This document shows, piece after piece, positions 12,526 through 25,481 of a stretch of 64,000 nt of DNA. The stretch is from NCBI RefSeq assembly GCF_902652985.1, contig NC_047016.1, positions 50,592,001-50,656,000 of the forward strand, given 5' to 3'. Source of the stretch: Pecten maximus. Its lineage: Eukaryota. Under the pieces are notes generated by a model, which searched no databases, was not told the DNA's origin, and saw only the letters and a program-made list of their open reading frames with translations. Made by a program: the position numbers and the translations under genes. Position 1 is the stretch's first letter. Each line of letters begins with the position of its first letter.

Positions 12526-13688
12526 CAAATGGAGACAAGAGCATGAATAATGTTTCCATTGTATTCTTTTTTTAGACTGAGACATTCACATAGTAAGTTT
12601 ATGTATTGCAATAAGCCTGTCCAACATAAAATGACAATGAATACTACCTTACAATGATACAGAGACATACTTTCATTGTATAATTTAATCGAAACGAGAC
12701 GTTCGCATGGACACGGTAAGGATTTAATTATTTTATAACAAACATATTCATTGATAAACAGATAAACATTTCGTATGACGAGTGGTTATTAATGAAAATG
12801 AACGATATCTTATAATAATAAACAAATGAGACGAACGCTGTAAAAAAAACCTCCTAGTTTTACTTAATCTGTAGGGACCTAAACGTTTCAGTTCCCATGG
12901 ATAAAGTACATACAAGTATTATCAAATGTTTTAATACCTGTCGTGCATCAATGCCAAATACAACATGCCATTTAACACGTCAATAACCGATAACCTATAT
13001 GTTAATACGGACGTAGGGAAGTACGAGACTTTCGCTTGTATCATTCTTTCTGTATGAAACAAACATGAATAAACTACCATTTTATCTATATATTCTTAGC
13101 ATGATAAAGGTTGGTATATCGTCTAGGTATGGTATTTAAACAAGAAATATCTTTTAAAAAGATAAACGGCATAGTTTTAATGCTGGTGGTTATAATGTAA
13201 AACTGCCGATGAAATAAATTAGCGAACTAATTAATGCGTTTCAGCACGGACAACAAACTTATATCAGTTTGAATCATTTTTTGGCGATAACAGGACTGCA
13301 TTTGAATCAGGAATACAATTTTATCCATGTGTCATTTGAAAAGATACATCCACTTATTCAGCTTGCATTCAATCTTAACATTGTTTCGCTTTTAACTGCA
13401 AATCTGCATTTTGCATTTACCGCTACATTGACCAATCACGTAGTTCATCTTGATCAGTAAAGTCACCTGTCGCGTCATGTCCGGGGCCAAAAGAACATTA
13501 TACGGCTATGCCGAAAAAAATGGCCACCATTTTCTTGCTTCTGTATTGTGAAGTATTGCCGGATTTAGCTAAATATAGGTCCATAGGGGTTTAGAAGGAT
13601 GTATACGCATGTGAATTTCTCTTGTGTTTTACTGTAAATGAAAGGGTGAAGATATGATGTGCAGGCTTCTTATGTTTCAGTGGTTTCA

Positions 13689-13824
13689 TTCTGCATAGCA
13701 TATTGGTACAATGTTAATCTGCATAGCATACTGGTACACTGTTATTCTGCATAGCATACTGGTACAATGTTATTCTGCATAACATACTGGTACAATATTT
13801 TTCTGCATAGCACACTGGTACAAT
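13689..13824. repeat. 28-bp tandem repeat, about 5 copies
   Basis: TTCTGCATAGCATACTGGTACAATGTTA units. Confidence 0.85.
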
Positions 13825-14021
13825 AGGCGGTCCTGCCATACGTATATGGTACATGTACAATGTATTTGAATGGACCTATTACACATATTTTTCTACAGTG
13901 CATATCATTTTATGCATTTCTGTGACGGGAAGTGTACACGCTGTCTTTATCTTTAATGATAATCATCAACACTTACCAATTATCATAAACTTATCTTATA
14001 AAATCTCCTGTATATTTTTTG

Positions 14022-14776
14022 TTAAAGGTTACTAGATGTAACTTCATCAAATCCAAATTCGAAAGCGGCCACGGCAATGGCAGTACCGTCTCGATGTATG
14101 GCAAAGTATATGAAGTGAATATCATTTTGGTCCTGCCAGGTATAGATGTCCAACATCTCACCGGCACGAGACTCCGCGAGATATGAAATATCAAGTTCTA
14201 ATAATGGGTACCAACACATGTCCCGACGATATTTATTGTAGTAACCGGATAAAGAGGCGTCTGTAGCTGTTTCCATGCAATAACGCAAATATTCCGTATT
14301 TGAAACGTGCATGTTTGAATCCATATCACTGTGGCGCACTTTTAGCTGGGTTTTGTAAGCGTATGAAGGAACATCGTTCTTGGCTTGTATGTGACCATTG
14401 TCATCATAGCTTAAAGTAGAGTTAAACTTTTCGACGTACCATTTTGGGAACGGTACTGCCCGTTTTGTTTCCGTGTCAAACAGAATTGCAGTAAAAGTAC
14501 CCTTTATAAGCATGACGCCACTTTCGTCGGTTATTTTCATGTTCATTGTCTTTGATGATTTACCTACTTTTCCAGGGGTAGCGTTCACCAAAATATTTGT
14601 GTCCATTATTTTGGAGATATCCGAGTGTAAGCGAGGAGAGAATACCAGCTTTTGTCGACCAAGGAACAAACGTCGAGTTTCATTGCCAACGTCTTTATTA
14701 TGGTAGAATCCACGTTGATTCATTATACTAATAGTTTCAGTTATCAACTTTGAGGCGTTCCAAACACTTAAGTGAC
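14022..14776 (-). CDS. Terminal exon of a double-hotdog acyl-ACP/acyl-CoA thioesterase-like protein
   Basis: RHSDMDSNMHVSNTEYLRY matches the DxNxHVNN thioesterase motif; also GKVGKSS and 'TKRAVPFP'. Acceptor CTTTTAG| at 14776 in phase 1. Confidence 0.8.
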
Positions 14777-15331
14777 CTAAAAGAAGAGAATGATATATCA
14801 CTTAACTGATAAATCCTTTTGCATGAGGACTTTATTAAGAATTAAGACAGTATATCTGTACGTAGTATTCTGTATGTATAACATAATTTCTTGCGATCCC
14901 CATCAGAAAAAAATATTCTATCAGCAGGAATATATATATTATATGCTGATTTCATTGCCCGTACACGTACATGTATTGTGTACAATGGGATTATAGTAGA
15001 TTGGTGAAACAGGACCGTTGCTAACGTTACATTGAAAATTTATAATATACAAACAAACGTAGTTTGCTGCTCATGTGATAGGCGGTTGATGTAAAGTAGA
15101 CTACAGTGTTAAGGAATTTGCGTTAAGGGAGTTATACATCATTGACCTGATCAAAGTAATATATATATATATATTAGAAGAAAAACAAAAACAAAAAAAA
15201 CTCCATTATCTGAATGTCATACATGTGACACCACGAAGTGAGCATTATTCCTAACGCAGCAATTAGAACCTTTAATACAAAAGTGTTTATAAATATAGAA
15301 TGAGTCTATTACTATGATAATATTGTCCTAC

Positions 15332-15426
15332 CTGTGCGATCTATGTAGCCCAAAGGTATTCCCCGTAGCAACACCTGGGCATGATGACTGGACACAGACA
15401 AAGCTGTTTGATGTCCACCGTTGCTG
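15332..15426 (-). CDS. Middle exon of the thioesterase-like gene
   Basis: Acceptor TTCAACAG| and donor ACAG|GTAGG. Encodes SNGGHQTALSVSSHHAQVLLRGIPLGYIDRTG and joins to HLSVW, giving a D-x-x-G-H first-hotdog motif. Confidence 0.65.
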
Positions 15427-15477
15427 CTGTTGAAATAGAGCAAGGAATAGGAATGATAAGCATTTGATAGTCAATTA

Positions 15478-17470
15478 TCAGGTCCATCTATATAATAATG
15501 TTGAATTTTAGAAAAGAACAGATATCCACAAATATGTAAACAATGTAGTCATGTAATATTTCCAAAATGCTTGTTTGAACATGTAGTTTCTCTAAATCAT
15601 CAATAATTTGCTGTATATCCGTACAGTTTCTTCTGTAGAGTTTTTTTTTTGTAAGATGCAGCATCGAACAATCATAGTCATACAAATAATCAAACCTGAA
15701 AGATAAGCATGCCGGTATGCCCACAAGTGTTTATAGAAAATAGTAGGGGCAGTTATTTGACCGGATTTTTCACTATTAAAGTCACAATCACTTTGTTTTG
15801 ACCATGAAATACAAATGACAATTGTGAATAGCATTACACAAATATGGCATAAAGGGGTGATTTCTATTTATAAACATACTGCTCCTATTGAACACCTTTA
15901 AGATGTCTGACCATAGCAAGAAGGAAGTTTTCAGTAGGATAGTTGAACTGTCACAGTGAAGGCTGTTTTTAGTAATCTGCAGCTTTTACCTGAAACTCAG
16001 CGGCAAAACAAATGTTCAGAATTGTTAATGATATCTTACAGCTGTATCTTTACTTGAAATACACCCCTTTATGCCATATTTGTGTGATATTATTCTGAAA
16101 CGGCATTTCAAGGTCAAACATGAATAAATATTTTATACGTATGAAGTTCAATTCGTTCAAATAAATGTCCCTATTCCATGATATATATACTTGTGTTCAT
16201 AAGGGTATGGCTATTTTGTACAGTATAACCATGTGATACACTTTTCGCATGTTGGGTCGAAATTTACAAACCGCTTAAAGCTAGTTAGGTGTCGACAGCA
16301 AGACAAATGGTTAACCATCATCCGTGATACATACTAACAATTAGGTAAGTTACTTGTGTTAAATTTTATATGTAGTAATTCATAGGCTTGTAAGTTATAA
16401 CTTCATTTGCTATTGAGATCACAGGGGCTTGGCACGATTTTCCAAATGATAGTCTATATATATATGTATATAGTATCAAGGGTAGTAACTACAAAGAGGG
16501 GGAAGACGAACGTATTTTAAAAAAAAAAAAATTGTCGTATTCTGCGGGTCAAAAATCTTAGTGACACATACATTACCTTAAAGATAAATGTTTTATTTTT
16601 CCAATGAGTGTTCGATGAACAAAATCGGCCAAGTATTATCCAAGTTATGACCTGACGAATTCGGAAATAGATGCTGAAATGGCTAGGTCGGAATCTCCCT
16701 GTCCGGTTGAATAGTCGCCTCGCCTCTAATGGGTACCTCAATAACCATTCAGAAATCGAAAAATCGACGCTTGCAGCGGTATACAGTAACCATAACTATG
16801 TCAATATAGGATGTCGGTTGGTTATGTTATCCGTCATGTGCCGTAGCCAATTCCATATTACATCACCGAGCTTACCGTCAGCAAAAAGAACCGCCATCTT
16901 TCCCTTCATTCGGAACGCTTCTTGGCTGTACGACCACTGTAACGACATAAACAAAGTCACGAAAGGTTAGGGAAAGATGGCGGTTCTTTTTGCTGACGGT
17001 AAGCTCGGTGATGTAATATGGAATTGGCTACGGCACATGACGGATAACATAACCAACCGACATCCTATATTGACATAGTTATGGTTACTGTATACCGCTG
17101 CAAGCGTCAATTTTTCGATTTCTGAATGGTTATTGAGGTACCCATTAGAGGCGAGGCGACTATTCAACCGGACAGGGAGATTCCGACCTAGCCATTTCAG
17201 CATCTATTTCCGAATTCGTCAGGTCATAACTTGGATAATACTTGGCCGATTTTGTTCATCGAACACTCATTGGAAAAATAAAACATTTATCTTTAAGGTA
17301 ATGTATGTGTCACTAAGATTTTTGACCCGCAGAATACGACAATTTTTTTTTTTTTAAATACGTTCGTCTTCCCCCTCTTTGTAGTTACTACCCTTGATAC
17401 TATATACATATATATATAGACTATCATTTGGAAAATCGTGCCAAGCCCCTGTGATTGAGATGACCTTTAA
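15478..17470. mobile_element. Second copy of the Kolobok-like palindromic element, interrupted near its right end
   Basis: 15560-15960 is homologous to 212-600. Ends AGGTCCATCTA / AGATGACCTTTAA. Confidence 0.55.
16420..17453. mobile_element. 1034-bp foldback element (CACAGGGG termini, 8-bp TSD)
   Basis: ~486-bp near-perfect inverted arms (16420-16905 and 16969-17453) around a 63-bp spacer. TSD ATTGAGAT at 16412-16419 and 17454-17461. Confidence 0.92.
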
Positions 17471-18843
17471 AGTTGGCGACTAAACTCTTAAAGAAATGTT
17501 TACATTTCGAGCTCTTTACAATTTTCAGACTTAATATATACCTTACAAATAATCGCGAACACAAACGGGAGAATAATGTGTATTTATGAAACATACGGGA
17601 AGTTCCCAAAAATAATGACTTTCTATGCGAAATAGTCCTATAATGCAACGGGCGGGTTATCAGTCTATACAAAATGGCGGAACGCCGAATGCGTGAGCCT
17701 GCCAAAACAGATAGATTCTGCCAAAAAGAAACGTAAAATGGACTGGAATCGGCAAACCCCGAGTATTTCCTTAGGGAATAGACTCGGAGTCCGATTTTGC
17801 CGGACGTCTACTGGATTGCTGGTTACCTTTTGAACATTGTAAACTTCTAAAATTTTATCGATGTTTTGTTGTATGCATATTGCTACATTTTAAGATTAAG
17901 TATTAACATGTATGTTTGTTTATTTTGTTCAGTAATTACGCGAATATTCTGTTAATACGTTTAAATGAAAGCAAAGTTCACGTATACTCGATATATGTGC
18001 AGTGCACGTTGTTATAGCCTCGTTCTCGACTCCGTGATAAATCTCGCGATAAAAATGTGGCGAGTTATTTTTATACACCAATGTCTCAAAGACTCCCCCT
18101 GTCAAGCGTCCAGGCCAGTGGTCATTTTTATGTTAGGAGAGCGTGAATAAGCGTCTTGGATTGTCATTAATACATGTGTGCAACTAGAATGTAAGGTTGT
18201 ATGGGAGTATGTGGCGTTAATATTGATATGGAATATTCCCAAACTAGACTTTGTAACCCCTGATATACTGAAACAAGAAATAATTATGTTCTTTGTATCA
18301 TGAACCTGGCCCGGCTTTATCTAGTCATATATGTTAATATATATTAATACTATGTGCGTGTGGTACATTCATTGTAAATATACATTTTAAGGTCTCCGAA
18401 TTAACGTTTAAATTGAAATATGAGACATAAAAACCATAGATCCTCTAGATCATTTACCCCCAATTCAGAAAACAAACATCCACAACTCGTTCTCTTTGGC
18501 GTGTGGAGTAAACGTATGATTGATATATGTTCATGCAGATTTGGCTTGATATAGTACACGAACATCCAATTTTGAGAAATATAGTATTCTTATCTAAAAA
18601 CTTCTAAAGATTATGTATCCATACTATTTCTGATAAACTCATTTGGAAGAAAATATCAATGAAAAGTCCGTTTTATATACATTTTTTATAACGCGTGTGC
18701 AGGAATTATTTAAAATCTTGTTTTGATCATCATTCGCCCCGATCACTATATGATAACACTATCTGCGTTCATATAAACGTGTACATACATTTGCGAAGTC
18801 AATATTTAGGACATCATAGTTAGATCTTTATCAGAATGCTTAC

Positions 18844-18893
18844 CGTTTTCCTTTCTGGTTTTCTAGTAGCCTCGAATCGTCAGATGAATCCAT
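18844..18893 (-). CDS. Probable first coding exon of the thioesterase-like gene
   Basis: ATG at 18893, MDSSDDSRLLENQKGK, phase-2 donor CG|GTAAGC compatible with the next exon. Total CDS 900 nt. Confidence 0.45.
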
Positions 18894-19294
18894 ATTACAG
18901 AATATCCTTGGTCAGTGCGTTATAGATGCTCATTCGCGTTAAATGTTTAAATATAATTTTATCTCGCTTCTAGCTCGTATCAACGACATACTTGTAACGT
19001 GATAACATCCGCTACGTATGGAAGGCCAACAGTGTCAAAATTTTAACATTGTATTTTGAAAATAATTATGTCAGTTCTATATTTGAATATTGCAATTATG
19101 TAGTTTCATCTACGAATATTTGATATGCGAAACTCGGCATCGGTGACTCGAGACATATAACGTGCTAGTTTCGTATTCTGAAAATCTCTTTATGATAACA
19201 GATGGCGCTGTTCAAATGTAAATGAAATCGAAAACAAGGGACATTTTGTTGGTTGTTCACAACTACTTTCACATCGTTATGTACTTTCATATAC

Positions 19295-19490
19295 ATGTAT
19301 ATATATTTCATGTATCCATTTCCTATCCCCATGGTAAATTATATAACGTATAACCCTTTTTTTACAGTGGACACAAACTCCCCGGTGGTAATTAACACCA
19401 GTGAAGTAGCTAGGACGCCCCACCCGGTTTCTCGGGAGTGGACTAAAATTCCTGTCTCCTAATGGTAAATCATGGATGAGACCTAACGTA
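19295..19490 (+). repeat. Interspersed ~190-bp repeat; inverted copy at ~54165-54390
   Basis: CTCCCCGGTGGTAATTAACACCAGTGAAGTAGCTAGG...CCCACCCGGTTTCTCGGGAGTGGACT occurs as a reverse complement at 54206-54390. Confidence 0.8.
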
Positions 19491-21454
19491 GATCTTCCAT
19501 GTCAATAATTTTTAATAAAAAAAGGCAAAAAACAAAGCCCCTAAACGACTCCCAATTTACCCTAAAAAAAAATTTAAAAAAAAATCCTAATACCGCTTTT
19601 AGATTCGAATTTTTCAACTGCCAACTAGCAAGTGAAATCTCCGAATTGTTGGGATTTTCCATAAGAAATACGAAAGAAGAGAAAATGTGAAAATGCAAAA
19701 ATGGCCGTGCTGTTTAGCTGGTCGAAGTGATTATGTTAATCTTAACCTGGTTCTAAACGGATATTCTGATAACCATAAAGAGTTTGAAATGGATATGTTG
19801 TACAAACAAATCACAAAACGAACAAGTTAAACTTAAGCAAATTCATCGGTAACTAACAATTAAAATTGTGAGGCCAGTTACTTCTAACAAAAGTTATATA
19901 TGATCAAATATCTAATGTTATCATGAACCAGATCAATGCACATGTAGAAAAAGTAGTACATTGAATGAACAACTTTAAAAACAGGAATAAAGAACTATGG
20001 AGTAGAAACGGACAGAAATGTTGTAAGGAAATTATCGCGATGTGGTTGATCAAGAAACGAGACGGACATTTAAAATACTGTCAATCAAAGAATAAAACAC
20101 AAGAAACATACACTTTTCATAAATATGACGAAGTTAACATATCATCGATGGATGGAGTTTCATTAACTTGTTAATCATATCTGTTCACGAGGTAGGTTAA
20201 AGTTAATCATATCTAGTATACTAAGTGAAACCAGTGTTTTCTTAGTCACTTTAACATTCCTGAAAATAACATGATTATCATCAGTAACCATCCTGGGATG
20301 CAGAATTACTTTGAAATATAACTGTCTTTTTGCTTCCTGCCATTTTATAAACTTGCTTTACTCCTTTGTTTCAACCCCTTGTGTAAAGCACCTATAAGTG
20401 GCTTTGGTACTGCCATTTCTTAGAATTATTGCCCTTTAAGAGAACACATGGTTACGGTATATTTTCGTTCTAATCTTGTTTCTGTCGTTTGCAGAACCAC
20501 GTAATAATTGAACAGATATAGTATAATGGACAACTAGTTTGAAAAGGCATTGTGTGTCTATATTCTAAACTGGTGTCACCATTCATTTATGTATTTCACA
20601 TTGAATCGTGGCACACGGGTTAACAGCAGACCTCGGGGACTAAGAGACTACAGCAGAGCTTAACGTACAGCAGTTGCAAATAAATGATACACAAATTTAA
20701 GGAAGACTAGTTATCAAAAACAAAGATTTCTCAATTTTAAAAATGTCGTTTTTTTCCTGTTGTGTATATATTCAAGAGTTAAAATATAAATTAAGAAATT
20801 ATACATGATGCAACTTATGCTTAGGTTTGAACAGGTTCCTTCTTGTGGGATTTTACAGCCAATTGAACTTTAATAGCACTAATACAAATAAATGTTAAGA
20901 AATAACAATCTCCGAGGATATCATTAATGTTAAACGTCGATTATCAATATGAATTAAACAGCATTTTTCTCGACAAAAACTTATATAAACGGATCATCCA
21001 TTAAGTATTTATTCCAGGTAGGTATTTAAAAAAATTAAACACTAAATGAAACTTTTAAAAGACGATAATTGACTTCATCACTAAATTAAAAGAGTGTACT
21101 GCCTGCTCCATTGATTTTGACTGAATCGACTTTAACATTAATCATCCTTTAGACTACACAGAATCATTACTTACAAATTAAACACAAAACTGACCATTTA
21201 TGACTTCGTTGTTATGCTAGTATTCTCCGTTATCTAAGGAACAATAATTCACAAAACCAACCAAGAAAACAATATTGCGAGTTTTAGTATATATGACGTC
21301 ACCACTCTTGTGTTTTAGATATTTATGTTTAGAACAAACCAAAAAAAAATCTTACTATTCAAGAATGGATTAATGATGAGTTAAAAAGAGAGGATTATTT
21401 TTCAATATATTAATTAACTTATTGTTTCGCTGGCTTTGTCGCAATAGACTTGAA

Positions 21455-22246
21455 CTATTCACGAATGAAAGAGAAAACGAAATTAGCCATAATTGGATTA
21501 AATGAAGGTATGGGGTGAATGTCTTTATTCTCGTTCCCTTCTGTTGCACCCCATTGGTCGATGAAATACACTTTAACTTGTAATTCTATGAACTCCTCAT
21601 ACAGAATCTGTCTGTATAATCTAATGATGCAGTCGAATGGTTCGGGAAAGTAGCTGAAAGTGGAAGAGTGAGGACCCTTTATCAAAAGGCTAGAATAAGG
21701 AGAACGTTTCAATAGACGCACCACAGCATGTTTGGAACTAGCTACATGCTCTCTTTACTGTTTTGGAGCAGTTCCTGCTAAATGCCCGAACCAATGTAAT
21801 ATGATGATGGATGGCGCTTTCGATTCCAGGCAAATCGTCTATCCTTGATGCAACAGACCGGAAGTTGTTTTTGTTTTGTTCATAACTATAGAAAGGAATT
21901 TCTTGTGGTGTCCAATACATCGATAAAGATTTGTTTTTATTTTCTGCTTCAGCAAATTTCTATCATGCTTTGTTCTTAATTTCATGATGTCCAACGAATA
22001 TGCGCAACTTTAACAGCGCGGCTAAAGGTAAATACCAATTCCTTGTGGTGGAGTCACCTGTCATGAGTACCGGCCAATTATTTAACTATTTGGCGTATGA
22101 TTCATACTTCCACGAGATTGTGGGTTTGCCTATTACTGGTCACCATTTACCCTCGTAAAAGTAGCCAGTCGGGCTATTTGTCTGCCACGTAAGATTACTA
22201 TCAACGTCATGATAGGATATATCCGACTCTCTTGTAGTACCAGAAC
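21455..22246 (-). pseudogene. NXPE-family (PC-esterase/SGNH) pseudogene, last exon
   Basis: Acceptor CTGCAG| at 22246. Manual translation gives SPTGYFYEGKW*, MTGDSTTRNWY, MYWTPQEIPFY, IILHWFGH, VVRLLKRSP..LIKGPH, EEF...YFIDQW...NKDIHP, with several stops and frameshifts. Confidence 0.75.
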
Positions 22247-23342
22247 CTGCAGAAAACAAAAATATTTCGAAATGTTGAACGAGATGGTTAACTACCGAAG
22301 ATTTATCCATAAACGCCTTCGATTGCTTGTAACGAATTCTGCGGACTATGCATTTATTGCTAACAACAAAAAATGCCTTACAGTCAGAATACCCTCACAA
22401 AGAACCTTACGGAAAAGTTTGTATCGTTGAAAAAAGAAGAAAAAATCAATGAAATATCCTATTTATTTTTCTAAATGTCTCATTTCACCACTGGAATAAA
22501 ATCATATTGAAGTATTTATTCGGAGCAAGATAGAATATTGAAATATATCCGTATTTCTTAAAACGTAACGTTGCCATCTGAATCTATACAGATTGACAAT
22601 CCACCTACACCATGAGCTAGCCTTGAGTCAAATTGCCGTGGCTAAGATGTTTTGTGAGGAAAGACATTTCTAGGTATAAACATACAGTAATTAGAAAAAG
22701 AAAGATAATAAAAAATAGAAGTCTTTGCTTTTCCAGAAAGTCATAATATGTCTGAAATTTTTGGTCTCTGCATCGAATATTATTTAAGCATTGAATTGTT
22801 TTTGTAAGGTATTTATTATCTATTTGAATGCCAGAGCTTTGCAAGCAAACAACATAATGTGCTTGTTGGAACCTTAAAATATACCAAAAAGTTATTTGTG
22901 GACTTTTAATCCAATTTTCAAGACGTTCAGTACTTGATAGGCCAGTCTTTGATAATTTTTTTGATTACTTATTAAACATTTCCATGAATAAAACACGTTT
23001 TCCTAGCGTGGACCAAAACAAACATTTGGTCACTTGGATTACAAACAGTGAGTACAGTGGTATTCCATGTTCTACAGGGACTACACGATTTGTTCCACAT
23101 TCAAAATTCCTTTTCAATGTAATTAAATTCTCATTGTGTAATATCGTAACAGTGACTCGTTTAATTTCAGCCGACATCGAAAGAGATATTCAATCAGATA
23201 TATACTTTTAAAGTAACGTTCAGGTTTATGACGAACCATTGGGGACTAAATCACCACATATGAAGTTAAACATATGACTGTTTTAAAAAATGTATACAGT
23301 AACAATACATATTATGTAAATTTGTTAAAAGTTAATGCAAGC

Positions 23343-25465
23343 AATCAATCATCAATCAATCAAATCTTTTATTCCTCTGTTAAGAGATTTACAAAATGAA
23401 AAGTTAATATTTACATAAAATTAGGTTGAATGTGATCAATTGAATTATTTTCTACATGTCCATGTATGAATTACATTACTATTGCTGTCACATTTAATAC
23501 TGGTACTGTTTGCAATATTGCATAAGTTACATGATGAGTTAGTTTAGGAGAAAAACATATGTGCAGCACTTCTAATGTATTTAGCACTGTCCAATAAAAA
23601 TCCCTGGTAATCCTCTATAGATTCGTATATCTCTGCTGGAATTGTTTTGCCAAGAAGAGTTCTAAGGAAATTCTCATGGTGTAAGTTGTCCAAGTAGATA
23701 AATAATTCGATGCCGTATTTATCTATTACCAGTATTGTGAATATGTCACGAAGGTCAGCTGTAGCACTACACACAGTTACAAAGTGGAGAATGGCGTCTA
23801 TGTACGATACATTACATAATTTACATCGTTGCTCCCTCCACAGGGGGGAGCATGCCACCATTTTACACACGAACTTGACAATTTGGAGGTCTTTACTAGT
23901 TTTTGGTGTATTCCATAGAATATATGGATATTCATTTGTATCATGGATGTCTCTAAATCTCAAAAAGTCTAAATCTGTCACAAGTCTGTCTTTCAGGAGG
24001 GTGTCTTCCATTGTTTTAATAGAATGTGAGACAATCCATTTCCAAGCCGTTTTAGAAGGGAAGTAGATATTTACCAAGTACTCCTGCAGGAAGTTCTGCA
24101 AGTTGTATTTGTATAAAATACACCAAATATCAGGAATAAATCCAAGCTGTTTGTTATAAGGGTTTTCAATATATTGGAACAATATTCGAAGAAGTATTTG
24201 CTTAGAAAGTGTATCTGGTTCCATGTGAATGAGCGTAGAGAGGAAGTTGAGCTTCCTTTTATCGATTTCTGACTCTAGTCTAGGAAGACCAAGCATTGAT
24301 TCACACATGTCAGATCTGGTTAATTTCCGTAAGGATTGGGATCTTTTCGCAATCGTGTGTTGTAGAACGTTCAGGTGTTGAATATCATGTTTTGACATTT
24401 TTGACCAAAATTCAGAACCATAAAGAACACTTGGTATTATAACCTTCTTGTACAATGTCGTGGTTTTTAAAGGGTTGGTCCATTTACAGTCATGTCCGAA
24501 TTTGGTTATTAGATTAAAACAGTTTCTGCCTTTAGTACGTGCATTTTCTATCGCGGACTTACTCTTGAGATCGGTAGAAATAATAATACCAACATGTTTA
24601 TATAAATTCGCGGTTTGTAAATTATGACCCATGATTGACCAATTGAAATCGATATTTCTTTTATGGTTGTTTCCGAAGATAAGAACAGTGCATTTGTCTG
24701 CATTGTATCGGAACTTCCATGTTTTCGCATAATTTGTGCAAATGTCTAATAGCGTTTGTAAGGCTGAGGGACTGGTTGCAATCAAGGCAATGTCATCTGC
24801 AAGATTGCTACAATTTATGTCGTATATCTTGGCACCAACACGGCTGTGTTCTAACTCTAAGAGAATGTCGTTTATGAAGACGAGATATAAAAAACTGGAG
24901 ACCACGCCTCCTTGTCGAATTCCGGATCTGACTGGTAGCCATCTTGATCTTGTACCATGTGTTAAAACTGCGCTATACATGTCAATATATGAATTGTTAA
25001 TTAGATTTGATAATTTTCCTCGCACACCGAATTTGAATAACTTTTGCATGAGACCACAATGCCACACAGTGTCGAATGCCTTTCGCGTGTCTAGAAAAGC
25101 TACGAATGTTTTACTGTTGTTTTCCAAATTGTAGTATATAGTTTCTCTCAAATTAAACGCAGCTGTGGAGCAGCTGAGGTTTCGTTGGAAACCTTGTTGT
25201 TGTTTACAAAGAGGGTTCGTGACACACGACAGCCAACTCTGGATTCTGTTGTTGATAAGTTTTTCTAGTAGTTTATAAAATGCAGGAAGTAATGTAATCG
25301 GGCGGTAATTGTCAGGATTATTTTTGGGTTTATGTCCTCCTTTGTAGATTGGAATGACAATGCCACATTTCCACGTTTTTGGTATAAATCCTTTGTCAAG
25401 TATGGCGTTAAAAAGTTTGAGGATACTAATAAACAATTTCCGTCCTCCATAACGTATATGTTCAT
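23343..25465 (-). mobile_element. 5'-truncated LINE (RTE-X/L2-like) with (GATT)n tail
   Basis: RT ORF, 3' UTR, and AATAAA followed by a GATT microsatellite on the minus strand at ~23343-23373. Confidence 0.85.
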
Positions 25466-25481
25466 TACAAATGTTGTACAT
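23544..25481 (-). CDS. LINE ORF2 fragment: reverse transcriptase plus C-terminal zinc-knuckle
   Basis: NYRPITL, QQGFQ, FLDTRKAFDTV, GIRQGG, LADD, YKHVGI and CKLC...H...C motifs. The endonuclease is missing and the ATG probably comes from flanking DNA. Confidence 0.9.
   Translation of the reverse strand: MYNICNEHIRYGGRKLFISILKLFNAILDKGFIPKTWKCGIVIPIYKGGHKPKNNPDNYRPITLLPAFYKLLEKLINNRIQSWLSCVTNPLCKQQQGFQRNLSCSTAAFNLRETIYYNLENNSKTFVAFLDTRKAFDTVWHCGLMQKLFKFGVRGKLSNLINNSYIDMYSAVLTHGTRSRWLPVRSGIRQGGVVSSFLYLVFINDILLELEHSRVGAKIYDINCSNLADDIALIATSPSALQTLLDICTNYAKTWKFRYNADKCTVLIFGNNHKRNIDFNWSIMGHNLQTANLYKHVGIIISTDLKSKSAIENARTKGRNCFNLITKFGHDCKWTNPLKTTTLYKKVIIPSVLYGSEFWSKMSKHDIQHLNVLQHTIAKRSQSLRKLTRSDMCESMLGLPRLESEIDKRKLNFLSTLIHMEPDTLSKQILLRILFQYIENPYNKQLGFIPDIWCILYKYNLQNFLQEYLVNIYFPSKTAWKWIVSHSIKTMEDTLLKDRLVTDLDFLRFRDIHDTNEYPYILWNTPKTSKDLQIVKFVCKMVACSPLWREQRCKLCNVSYIDAILHFVTVCSATADLRDIFTILVIDKYGIELFIYLDNLHHENFLRTLLGKTIPAEIYESIEDYQGFLLDSAKYIRSAAHMFFS

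Noticed and set aside
16517-17357. Four short ORFs in mirrored pairs
   Set aside because: By-products of the palindrome; no recognisable domains.
22560-23280. Upstream NXPE exons
   Set aside because: No recognisable NXPE motifs in manual translation.
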